Shown: positions 17,092-25,865 of the stretch, piece after piece
Layout of the letters: the number at the start of each line of letters is the position of its first letter
Numbering within the stretch: position 1 is the stretch's first letter
DNA from: a candidate division WOR-3 bacterium
GTDB taxonomy: Bacteria > Hydrothermota > Hydrothermia > JBDRYB01
Reading direction: 5' to 3'
Assembly: GCA_039803205.1 (NCBI GenBank)
Contig: JBDRYB010000024.1
Location: forward strand, 1-27,984
Length of the DNA stretch: 27,984 nucleotides
The notes under the pieces: model-generated
Told to the model about the DNA's origin: nothing
Databases searched by the model: none
The model's input: only the letters and a program-made list of their open reading frames with translations
Translations under genes and position numbers: made by a program

Positions 17092-18383
17092 TGCTCTTTT
17101 ACTGACACAGAGAGCCCATCAAAGAGGACATACGGCAGGAGGGTGGGGCCGTAGGGTTCTCGTTCCTTGCTTACCGAGATTATGTTATGGCTATCCGCGT
17201 AAAAGTTCCCCGCCACCATAGCATCCTTGACCCTTCCAATTATCTCTCCACGGCTTATCACGAAACCAAGACCTACATTGAACGAGAAATCGCCGGCCAT
17301 CATGTTGCTCTGACCTCCTCCTATGGTGTCGTAGACGATTATGCCCTCGTCAACGGAGCGGATGATGTCATCCAGGCTCTCGGTGCCCCCGTTCATGAGA
17401 AGGTTCGTGAATTCGGCTCTGGGCAGCTGTTTGTAAGAATTCCTTGATGAGGATCCGGTTGGTTCCTGTCCCAGTTTCGCGGCTGACCAGAGGTCAAGGT
17501 TATACGATCTGAGGACTCCGGCTTCCACTATGGGCCTCGGCCTTGAGGGTATCCCCTCATCGTCAAAGGGCCTTGAGCCAGCAAGGTATGGATGAAGAGG
17601 GTCATCCCATATGTCTACCTTGTCTCCCATTATCCTCTCGCCCAGCTTATCCCTGAGGGGGGATGAGCCCTTGACAACACTCTTTCCGCTCAGGCCCATC
17701 TCCAGGGATTCAACCATGAGGATCATCGCTTGGGGCGCGAGGATCACCCTTTTTCTTCCGGATCCTATTCTGCCGAGGGTTAGAGCCCTTTTCATCCGCT
17801 CCTTTGTCCGATTTATCAACTCTTGCGGATCAGGGACCTTCGTCAGATAAGCAAATCCTCCGTCCGAGAGGTATCCTGTCTCTGTCATGCCGCTCGCGTG
17901 TGCCGCAAGGAGATAAAAAGGCTTCTCGTATGAGGCATCAAGGCCGGAGGAGTTGATTATCCTGCATTTGAGGGTGATAACGGAAGCGGTAAAACCAACC
18001 ATGAGGCCAGGCACAACCGAAGAGAGCTCGCCCACCACTTCCTTGCCCAAAGAGAGCCTTTCGGTTGTTGGCCAATCCCCTCCCTCATAGGATATCGCTG
18101 GAAAACCCTTGTTTTCCGGGAAAGAAAATGCCGCTTCCGGCCCCAGCTTTGCCGATGCGACAGCGGATTCGGCTATTGCTTTCGGGTCCCTCATGTCAGA
18201 CGAGACCGTGAATCCGATCCTTCCGTCCTTTACGACCCTAACACCGACGCCGGCTTCTGTTTTGGATTCAAGATTCTGCAGGACATTTTGCTCAAACGAG
18301 ACAGGCTGTTCGCGGCGCTCCTCGTAGAATATCTCAAACTCGGAAACCCCGAGCTTTTTGAGTTCATCCGCTATCCTTTCCAT
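17088..18383 (-). CDS. pmbA: TldE/PmbA family protein
   Basis: GVGVRVVKDGRIGF, SRPFDDEG, GVLRSY, GDFSF, VKDAMVAGN; lacks HEXXH. Start at 18383 or 18386 after GGAGG. Confidence 0.9.
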   Translation of the reverse strand: MERIADELKKLGVSEFEIFYEERREQPVSFEQNVLQNLESKTEAGVGVRVVKDGRIGFTVSSDMRDPKAIAESAVASAKLGPEAAFSFPENKGFPAISYEGGDWPTTERLSLGKEVVGELSSVVPGLMVGFTASVITLKCRIINSSGLDASYEKPFYLLAAHASGMTETGYLSDGGFAYLTKVPDPQELINRTKERMKRALTLGRIGSGRKRVILAPQAMILMVESLEMGLSGKSVVKGSSPLRDKLGERIMGDKVDIWDDPLHPYLAGSRPFDDEGIPSRPRPIVEAGVLRSYNLDLWSAAKLGQEPTGSSSRNSYKQLPRAEFTNLLMNGGTESLDDIIRSVDEGIIVYDTIGGGQSNMMAGDFSFNVGLGFVISRGEIIGRVKDAMVAGNFYADSHNIISVSKEREPYGPTLLPYVLFDGLSVSVKEQ

Positions 18384-19741
18384 CATACTCCTCCAACGAG
18401 GACATTCTTTATCCTTATGTGCGGCGCGGCTGTTGTCACGGGAAGGGGATTCTGCATGCCCTTGCCGCATCCGCCTGCCCAGAAGAGCGTGTCTTTGCCT
18501 ATTCCCTCTATGTTTTTGAGGGTCTCAAAGACATTCCCAGAAAGGACAACATCCCTGACGAGTCCTTTTATCTCGCCCCGTTCAATCATGTATGCCTTCT
18601 GAGCGGAGAAGGTGAACATCTCCAGCTCGGTCATGCCGCCGAGCGCTGAGACCACATAAATTCCCTTGTCTATGCCCTCAAGGAGCTCCTGAAAACCCTT
18701 ATCCCCAGGCTCTATGCATGTTGCTGACATGCGAACTATTGGCGGGAAGGAGTAGTCTATTGCCCTGGCGTTTCCGGTTGGCTCCTCTCCCATGAGGGCC
18801 GCGGTGTGCCTTGAGTGGAGCCTCCCGGTCAGGACCCCTTCCTTGACCAGATAAACCGTTTTCTTCTCTGTGCCCTCATCGTCATACTTGTAATATCCCC
18901 ACTGGCCAGGGATGGGCTTGTCAGTGATGTTCAGCTCAGGGATGCCGAAGACCTGGCCCGGTTTCATTATCTCCTGCATCTTCTTGTCGCGAGAGAGGTG
19001 ATCAGCCTCCGAGAGGTGGCCAAAAGCCTCGTGAACGAAGACCCCAGCCATGATAGGGTCAAGGATAACCGTGTAAAGGCCCCCCTGAACCTTTGGCGCT
19101 GAGAGGAGCGCGACCGCGTCCTTTGCCGCCTCCTCAGCTTTCCCCTCACGGTTCAGGACCGTCTCGTAACCCATCTGATCAGCGAACGCCATATGCCTTG
19201 ATTGAACCGTTGAGCCATCAGCGGCTGTCGCGGATAACACTATTCTCGCGTATATCCTCTCCTCGGTTATGTCAGCTCCATCGGTGCTCAGGAACACCCT
19301 TCTTAGGAACAGGTCGTTGTAGGCCGTATTTGTCGTGACAACTCCCTTGACTCCGAGCATGATGTCGTTATAGCTCCTGACCAGCTCCGCCTTTTCCTCA
19401 AGGGGAACCGTTCTCGGGTCCCGGCCCTTGATCTCAGGGGGAACGATATCCTCAACCGGCACGCCGGGCGCGAGGCGCTCTGACTTTCCTTCTGATGCCA
19501 ACCTCGCCAGACGGGAGGCCTCCTCAGCCGCTCTAGGGGCATCCTCTGGCCTGCTGAATGTGGCGAACCCTATTCCTCCGCGGTGGAATGCCCTTACCGA
19601 TCCCCCGAGGACCCTTTTTTCGCTCGCTTCCTCGGTCTCAGGGCCCATCATGTGGACAACCGTAGAGAGCCTTTCCTCAAGCCTCACATCCGCATATTCG
19701 GCATCCACCTTCTCCAGGGCTTTTTTGAGAAACTCTTTCAT
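18383..19741 (-). CDS. tldD: TldD metalloprotease
   Basis: YADVR, HEAFGHLSEAD, YDDEG, TGNARA, PIVRM, GGCGKG.Q metal-binding Cys motif. Confidence 0.95.
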   Translation of the reverse strand: MKEFLKKALEKVDAEYADVRLEERLSTVVHMMGPETEEASEKRVLGGSVRAFHRGGIGFATFSRPEDAPRAAEEASRLARLASEGKSERLAPGVPVEDIVPPEIKGRDPRTVPLEEKAELVRSYNDIMLGVKGVVTTNTAYNDLFLRRVFLSTDGADITEERIYARIVLSATAADGSTVQSRHMAFADQMGYETVLNREGKAEEAAKDAVALLSAPKVQGGLYTVILDPIMAGVFVHEAFGHLSEADHLSRDKKMQEIMKPGQVFGIPELNITDKPIPGQWGYYKYDDEGTEKKTVYLVKEGVLTGRLHSRHTAALMGEEPTGNARAIDYSFPPIVRMSATCIEPGDKGFQELLEGIDKGIYVVSALGGMTELEMFTFSAQKAYMIERGEIKGLVRDVVLSGNVFETLKNIEGIGKDTLFWAGGCGKGMQNPLPVTTAAPHIRIKNVLVGGV

Positions 19742-19797
19742 TGGTCTATATTATCAAGCAAAGGGCCCCCTCCGCGCCAACAGAAAAAAACCCGTAG

Positions 19798-19836
19798 GCG
19801 CTGGGCCCTGAATTATCCGAAATAAAGGGTCAGCGC
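19798..19836. other. Intergenic stem-loop
   Basis: gcgctg-g-gccct...agggt-cagcgc; no clear U-tract on either strand, function unknown. Confidence 0.4.
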
Positions 19837-20234
19837 ATTATCTCACAAACCTCCACATGACCCTCAGCATAGGCCAGGATATTGTCCTTGATGGCCTCCG
19901 CACATATGGCAGGCACGAGCTCCCCCGAGAATCGTAAGATCTTCCATCATCCCCAATGAGCTTCCTCTTATTTCTGGGTTTTGAGGACACGAGCTTCTCC
20001 TTTGTCGGGGTAGAGCTCCATCAGCTTGAATTTGTGAGTGAACCCATCCGAAAAGTAGACCACCTGTATCAGCGCCAGCCCAGAGACGGGCCGAGTGTCC
20101 GGTGTTTGGCTCATAATAACAGTCAAGGAGCTCCTGTGTCCACCACGCATACCCTTCATCGCATAATCCCCACGATATTTTGAGTGTCAAGGGACAATTC
20201 GCAACCGGCTACAAAGACCCATCATAATTTCCCC

Positions 20235-20897
20235 TTGCAGAAGATAGTTGATGTTGCATTTTTTCTCGGCAGTGCTGTTTGCCACCAGCTGCCCCAGCAC
20301 TCCCTTCATCCCGGAGGCCACCAACTCCCTCTCTGCGGTCGTTGCACTGGAATCCACTTCGGTCTCTGGATGGGAATCTGGTTTCTACTCGTCCTGAGGA
20401 GGCGAAGGCTCGGCATCGTTCCAAACTGGAAGACCATAGCGCTCATCCTATTTTTCTTTGCCTTGATGGCCGGAGATGTCTTCAGCGCCGCGTTGGAATG
20501 GCAACCTGGTTTCAACGCCACGAGGCTCATCACGGGCCTCTTGGTTGGCTATTCCCTCGCGCTTCTCATCGGGCCCGTCCTCTCAGGGATAAACCGGGAT
20601 GAGACGACTAAGTCAAGTTTGAGCTGGGCAGACCTCGGCCTAGGCGCTTTCCTGGTCGCGTGCCTATGGCCCCTGATCTTTTACGCGCCCGGATGGATGT
20701 TTTACCCCATAGTCATATTTGAGGGGCTTTCGGTCATAGGCGCATACGCTCTCGTCTGGGGCGTGCTCCTTGGTTATACGACCTTCGCGGCAAGGGGAAA
20801 ACCAACGCCCTGGTGGCTTTGGGCAGGCGGAGGCATGGTTATCTCCGTGGCCCAGGCAGTTCTCTTGGGTTTCCTACGCATAAGGATTGGGATATAA
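20235..20897 (+). CDS. DUF2085 family membrane protein
   Basis: VCHQLPQHS, LPLCGRCTGIHFG, RLITGLLVG and several TM helices. Start uncertain: TTG 20235 lies 6 nt after CATAAT; GTG 20184 is the alternative. Confidence 0.85.
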   Translation: MQKIVDVAFFLGSAVCHQLPQHSLHPGGHQLPLCGRCTGIHFGLWMGIWFLLVLRRRRLGIVPNWKTIALILFFFALMAGDVFSAALEWQPGFNATRLITGLLVGYSLALLIGPVLSGINRDETTKSSLSWADLGLGAFLVACLWPLIFYAPGWMFYPIVIFEGLSVIGAYALVWGVLLGYTTFAARGKPTPWWLWAGGGMVISVAQAVLLGFLRIRIGI

Positions 20898-21719
20898 ATG
20901 GACATCGCAGAGGCCGTCTACAGGATTGAGGGTTATCTGGCTGGGTTGAGGGAACCAGCCAGGGAGGCCTATTACATAATCACTGAGCTCCTGGTAGATG
21001 AAGGGGAGACCTCGCCTCTCGTTGCAGAGGTTTCGGAGGATCTCCTGAGGAAGGCGGTGAAGATCGCCAAAAGGAGGGCAAGAGGCGAGCCCATCCAGTA
21101 TATATTCAAAAGGGCATATTTCCTTGATATGGTTCTCAAGGTTGATAAGGGCGTCTTCATACCCAGGCCCGAGACGGAGACTTTGGTTCTTCTCGCCCGA
21201 GCCCTCTACCCTAGTGATTCTAAAATAAGGGTATGGGATTTGGGAACAGGAACCGGTTGCATAGCAATAGCCTTGGCAAGGTATTATGTAAATGCGGAGA
21301 TAACAGCCTCTGACATAAACAGGAAGGCCCTGAGGATCGCTTCCGAGAACGCGAGAGCCTATGGGGTTTCGGAAAGGATAAGCTTCATCAGGGCGCGTGG
21401 GGTCAGGGCCGCGTCAGGAACCTACGATCTGGTCGTCTCAAACCCCCCTTACATCAGGACAGATGAGATGAAGGCTCTGACCCGCGAGGTGCTTTTTGAG
21501 CCAACCGAAGCCCTCTGGGGAGGGGATGACGGAGCGGCCCTGAGCAAAGAGATAATTCTCAATCCTCATCTGGTTCCAGGAGGATGGCTCCTGATTGAGA
21601 CCAGCCCCTTCATAGCAGAGGCTGTTTTAAGGTTTGCCAGAGAGAATGGCTACGAAGCTGAGATATTCCCTGACCTTTCCGGATACCCCAGGGTAATAAG
21701 GGCAAGATGGAATGGGTGA
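20898..21719 (+). CDS. prmC: Release factor glutamine methyltransferase
   Basis: RRARGEPIQYI, VFIPRPETETLV, DLGTGTGCIA, VSNPPYI, EP..ALWGG.DG, DLSGYPRV. Confidence 0.95.
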   Translation: MDIAEAVYRIEGYLAGLREPAREAYYIITELLVDEGETSPLVAEVSEDLLRKAVKIAKRRARGEPIQYIFKRAYFLDMVLKVDKGVFIPRPETETLVLLARALYPSDSKIRVWDLGTGTGCIAIALARYYVNAEITASDINRKALRIASENARAYGVSERISFIRARGVRAASGTYDLVVSNPPYIRTDEMKALTREVLFEPTEALWGGDDGAALSKEIILNPHLVPGGWLLIETSPFIAEAVLRFARENGYEAEIFPDLSGYPRVIRARWNG

Positions 21720-22336
21720 TTCGGGATGGATACTACGAGCTGGTTGGCGTTGAGCCCTTTGTGGGTTATTTCTCAACAAAACTGGGTTTCCCTCCGGTTG
21801 AGGATCTCGTTTTCATCAATCAGCTGCACACGGGCATAGTCCAGATCGCCCCGGCCGAACCCGATACCCCAGGCGACGCGCTCATAACGGCTAGGCGAGG
21901 GGTTTTCATTTCCGTAAAGACAGCGGATTGCGCGCCAGTGTTCATCTTTGATCCCAGAAACCTCGCTTTTGGCCTCGCTCACGCTGGTTGGCGCGGGGCG
22001 TTTCTCGGGGTTCACCTAAACGCTCTTGGGCTAATGTCAAGTCTCTACGGCACGGTGACCACTGATGTTCTCGTTGCCATAGGCCCGACCATATGCGCCA
22101 GCTGCTACAGGGTAGGAGAAGAGATGTCCTCGCTTTTTTCTGGATTCGTGAGAATGGGAAAAGGGGCCTGGTTCTTTGATCTGCCGGGATACATAGGGAG
22201 CACTTTGATCCGGGCTGGGATTTTGCCCGATAATATAATTATGCCGCCGGCCTGCACGATGGAAAGCTTTTGGCTCTGGTCAGCTAGGCGCGACGGGCAT
22301 ATCGGAAGGAACTGGGCTATTGCTGGTTTGAGATGA
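21707..22336 (+). CDS. pgeF: PgeF/YfiH family purine nucleoside phosphorylase / peptidoglycan editing factor
   Basis: QLHTG, GDALIT, TADCAPV, AHAGWRG, IGPTICASCYRV, CT..SARRDG. Confidence 0.92.
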   Translation: MEWVIRDGYYELVGVEPFVGYFSTKLGFPPVEDLVFINQLHTGIVQIAPAEPDTPGDALITARRGVFISVKTADCAPVFIFDPRNLAFGLAHAGWRGAFLGVHLNALGLMSSLYGTVTTDVLVAIGPTICASCYRVGEEMSSLFSGFVRMGKGAWFFDLPGYIGSTLIRAGILPDNIIMPPACTMESFWLWSARRDGHIGRNWAIAGLR

Positions 22337-23430
22337 GATGGCTCCTGGCCATATTCCTGATTTTCGTGCTTTCATGTTCAAGAAAGCCACCCGAACGCTA
22401 TATCCTCTTCACGGGTTCCCTCTCGGGTTACCTTGAAGCGTGCTCGTGCCCCGGGACCCCGGAGGGGGGCCTGAATGCCTCGGCATACCTCGCGAGGGAA
22501 TTCAAAAAAAACCATCCTGATGCCATTTTGGTTGACGCGGGTTGCTTTACCTATGACACGCTAGACACCCTGAACGCTTGGTTCATGGCAAGGGGGATGA
22601 TCGCGGCTGGATACGATGTGGTCGCAATAGGCTCATGCGATACACCCCTGGCCTACTCAGGTCTGTGGGGCCAACTACCTGTCCTCGGAGCGGAAAGGCC
22701 TTATGCTCTCAAAAGAAGGGTCCTCTTCGTGAGGGTTATAAGCGAGGAGATGCCAGAGATGCGGCACGCTCCAGCCCACGATTATACTGTCCTCCTCTCC
22801 TCGGCTGGAAGGGAAGCCGACGAGACCCTCGCAAAGAGATACTCCCCTGACGCCATAATTGAGGCAAAGGGTGAGTTTCAGCCATTCAGGGTTGGGAAAA
22901 CCTTAATTGTTCCTTGTGTTCCAAGGGGCATGTCCCTTGGCGTTCTCAGACTTACCCACGAGGGAGCCGAGGCCTGGTTCGTTCCGGTGAAGCCAGAGAC
23001 CCCAACACATCCCGATGTCGATCTCGTGCTTGAGGAATACTCCAATGCATACAGATCGCACATCCAGAGGACAGCAAAGAAGATCACATACCGAGGGCCT
23101 GGCTTCTGCAAGTTCTGCCACACCGAGGAATACGCCGCGTGGAAAGCGTCTGAGCATTCAAGGGGTTTTGAGACCCTTTTGGCCGAGGGCAAACCCGACA
23201 ATCCCTGGTGCCTAACATGTCACACGACGGGTTTTGGAAAGGGGGGGTTCATTGACCCCGAGAAGACTCCCCAGCTCATGGGGATCACATGCGAATCCTG
23301 CCACCCGGGGGGAAAGTGTCCGGATAACCCACCGCCAAAGGGAAACCTCTCCGATTGCCGGGCCTGCCACACTTCGGATCAAAGCCCTGGCTTCAGGGAG
23401 GAGGAGTATTGGCAAAAGATAAAACACTGA
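22333..23430 (+). CDS. Lipoprotein: UshA/metallophosphoesterase-like N-domain fused to a tetraheme c554-like cytochrome domain
   Basis: VLSC lipobox; GYLEACSC..GG, LVDAG and GYDVVAIG; four CxxCH motifs (CKFCH, CLTCH, CESCH, CRACH). Confidence 0.85.
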   Translation: MRWLLAIFLIFVLSCSRKPPERYILFTGSLSGYLEACSCPGTPEGGLNASAYLAREFKKNHPDAILVDAGCFTYDTLDTLNAWFMARGMIAAGYDVVAIGSCDTPLAYSGLWGQLPVLGAERPYALKRRVLFVRVISEEMPEMRHAPAHDYTVLLSSAGREADETLAKRYSPDAIIEAKGEFQPFRVGKTLIVPCVPRGMSLGVLRLTHEGAEAWFVPVKPETPTHPDVDLVLEEYSNAYRSHIQRTAKKITYRGPGFCKFCHTEEYAAWKASEHSRGFETLLAEGKPDNPWCLTCHTTGFGKGGFIDPEKTPQLMGITCESCHPGGKCPDNPPPKGNLSDCRACHTSDQSPGFREEEYWQKIKH

Positions 23431-24185
23431 TGGCTTTATACGATTGCCATGTTCACACGATTCACTCGTGCGATGCCGAGCTCCTACCGGATCGGGCTTG
23501 TATTGATGCCAGGGATAAGGGGCTCAGAGGCCTGGTTTTCACGGATCACGCCGAAACGAGGCCCTCTGACCTCTGCTACGGCCACTTCAAGCCTGCGTCC
23601 GCCCTCCAGGATTACAGGCTTGCTCCCGGGAATTCTGGGATCCAGGTCGGCTATGGCCTTGAGATAACCTATGGTTCTGGCAGGGAAAGTGAGGTCAAAA
23701 AAGCTATTCGGGAGCTCGCGCCTGGATTCAGGATAGGGGCTGTTCACTACATAGGCTCAGAGATCATAGATGAGTGGTTCAAGACCGCTTGTGATCTTGA
23801 ACCCTATTTTGACGAGCTTCTCTCCTGCGCTTCCTCAGGCCTGTTTCACTGCCTCGCTCACCTGGACTACTTCAACAAGATAACGGATAGGTTCCGGGAT
23901 TACCTCGTTAGATACAGGCCCTGGCTTGACGAGATAATAGAGGCTTTGCTTGATACCCACACCCTCCCTGAGGTCAACACTTCAACCCTGAGAAGGGGCC
24001 TGCCTCAACCCATGCCGGGCCCTGATTTCCTGGAATTGTTCCGGAAAGCCGGAGGCGAAAGGGTTTATCTCGGCTCTGACGCGCACAGGCCCGGCGAGGT
24101 CGGATGGGGGTTTGAAGAGGCCATGGAAACGATAAGGAGCCTCGGACTCTCGGTTCAGGGGCCGCCTGAGGAGTGCTTCATATGA
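23430..24185 (+). CDS. PHP-family phosphatase (HisJ/HisK histidinol-phosphatase-like)
   Basis: DCHVHT, FTDH, GLEI, IGAVH, LAHLD, EVNTS, GSDAH. Start ATG 23430 overlaps the upstream TGA. Confidence 0.9.
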   Translation: MALYDCHVHTIHSCDAELLPDRACIDARDKGLRGLVFTDHAETRPSDLCYGHFKPASALQDYRLAPGNSGIQVGYGLEITYGSGRESEVKKAIRELAPGFRIGAVHYIGSEIIDEWFKTACDLEPYFDELLSCASSGLFHCLAHLDYFNKITDRFRDYLVRYRPWLDEIIEALLDTHTLPEVNTSTLRRGLPQPMPGPDFLELFRKAGGERVYLGSDAHRPGEVGWGFEEAMETIRSLGLSVQGPPEECFI

Positions 24186-24586
24186 TCCTGATGGGTATTC
24201 TGAGCCTCAGCGCTGAGATTGCCGAGCTCAATGAATCAGTGGTCTCCTATGAACTAGGGTTCTCAAAACCTTTTGGTGTGAGGCCGCGGTTTCGTTTATA
24301 CTATGGTGCGGCCCTCACCGGAAACTTCTCCAGATGGGAGAGGGTGATCTACAAGTATCCCAACGAGCTCAGTCGGGTGAATCAGGTAAGCCCGGGCCTC
24401 CTTGGTTTCACCAGGGCAGAGTGCTGGTGGAAATACAGGCCATACAAATCACTGGACGAGGAAGATCTCATAAACTGCATAATCGGGCTTTCGGCCAGGT
24501 TCTCCTACATGGGTTTCAGGCCGGATGTCTGGCCTTGCCCGGACTGGTTCGGAATAATTGAGGGATATGTTGGGGTGAGGTGGTGA
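24182..24586 (+). CDS. Hypothetical small secreted or outer-membrane beta-strand protein
   Basis: ATGA-coupled to the PHP gene; short hydrophobic N-terminus, aromatic alternating strands and C-terminal YVGVRW (BAM beta-signal-like). Confidence 0.6.
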   Translation: MILMGILSLSAEIAELNESVVSYELGFSKPFGVRPRFRLYYGAALTGNFSRWERVIYKYPNELSRVNQVSPGLLGFTRAECWWKYRPYKSLDEEDLINCIIGLSARFSYMGFRPDVWPCPDWFGIIEGYVGVRW

Positions 24587-24600
24587 GGGCCACTCTCCAA

Positions 24601-24630
24601 TTGCTCCGGCCAAATGGATAGCCTTAAAAT
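24601..24630 (+). promoter_or_regulatory. Sigma70-type promoter of miaB
   Basis: TTGCTC 24601-24606, 18 nt, TAAAAT 24625-24630, then 9 nt to ATG 24640; no SD. Confidence 0.55.
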
Positions 24631-24639
24631 TTAATCCCG

Positions 24640-25863
24640 ATGAAGTTTTCCCTGATAACGATGGGTTGCCAGATGAACGAGTATGATTCGGAAAGGATCC
24701 GCGAGTCCCTTATCGCATGTGGGTTTCATGAGACCGATGTTCAGGACGCTAACCTCATCGTTATCTTGACCTGCGTTGTAAGGGAGAAGCCTCAGAAAAA
24801 GGCGCTCAGCCTCGTTTCGCACCATCTCAGAAGGGGCAAGAGGGTTCTGGTTGCCGGTTGCCTCTCTCCAATAGCCAAGGACACGCTTGAGGCTAAGGGG
24901 GCACTCGTGGTTTTCCCAGGGGAATACGATGTTGTTCCGGAACTCCTGGGCCTCTCTCACCCAGGAACCAAGAGGATTCTCAGAGGACCATCCGCCTTCG
25001 TGACCATAATTGAGGGTTGCGAGAACTTCTGCTCATACTGTGTTGTCCCTTATGTCCGTGGCCCAGAGCGCCCGAGGCCTCCTGATGAGATACTGTCTGA
25101 GATAAGGGAGCTTGAGGCTCAGGGCCTCAAGGATCTGACCCTCTTGGGCCAGAATGTGAGCGCTTATTCATGGGGAGATGTTGATTTCCCAAAGCTCCTT
25201 AGGATAATACACGATGAAACAGGGATTCCCTTCATAAAATTCACAACATCCCACCCTCGTGATATTGATTCCTGTCTCGCCGAGACAATAGCTGAAAGAC
25301 CAAGGCTTTCTCGTTGGTTCCACATGCCTCTGCAATCCGGCTCAGACAGGGTTTTGGCCCTGATGAACAGGGGATATACCTCTTCTGACTACCTCGGAAA
25401 GATTGATATGATAAGGTCAATACTGCCGGATGCAGTTATCACGACTGACCTCATGGTGGGTTTCCCCACTGAGACCGAGGAGGATTTCCAGGCAACCCTG
25501 AGGGTGGTTGAGCGCGTGGGCTTTGACAGGGCGTTCATGTTTTCTTTTGATCCGAGGCCCAGGGCAAAGGCCTCGGAGATGTCGGATCAGGTTCCCCCTG
25601 AGGTCAAGTCCGAGCGCCTCAGAAGGCTGGTTGATTTTACCATAGAGAGAATAAGGGAGAGGAAGAAGAGGTTCATCGGAAAGGAGATGAGCCTCCTCGC
25701 GTTGAGTTCAAGGCGCGGCAGGACAGATTGCACGACCAGGGATGGCCTCGTTGTTCTTCTTTGGGGAGATTACGAGCCCGGCCAGATGATCAGGGCGAGA
25801 ATAACAGGGCTTGAGGGACTCATACCCGTAGCAGAGCGCGCCGGACCCTACCTGAGGCTCTGA
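24640..25863 (+). CDS. miaB: tRNA methylthiotransferase, MiaB family radical SAM
   Basis: TMGCQMNEYDSE, TCVVRE, VAGC, GCENFCSYCVVPYVRG, LLGQNV, TSHPRD, QSGSDRVL..MNRGY, degenerate TRAM domain. Confidence 0.9.
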   Translation: MKFSLITMGCQMNEYDSERIRESLIACGFHETDVQDANLIVILTCVVREKPQKKALSLVSHHLRRGKRVLVAGCLSPIAKDTLEAKGALVVFPGEYDVVPELLGLSHPGTKRILRGPSAFVTIIEGCENFCSYCVVPYVRGPERPRPPDEILSEIRELEAQGLKDLTLLGQNVSAYSWGDVDFPKLLRIIHDETGIPFIKFTTSHPRDIDSCLAETIAERPRLSRWFHMPLQSGSDRVLALMNRGYTSSDYLGKIDMIRSILPDAVITTDLMVGFPTETEEDFQATLRVVERVGFDRAFMFSFDPRPRAKASEMSDQVPPEVKSERLRRLVDFTIERIRERKKRFIGKEMSLLALSSRRGRTDCTTRDGLVVLLWGDYEPGQMIRARITGLEGLIPVAERAGPYLRL

Positions 25864-25865
25864 GT

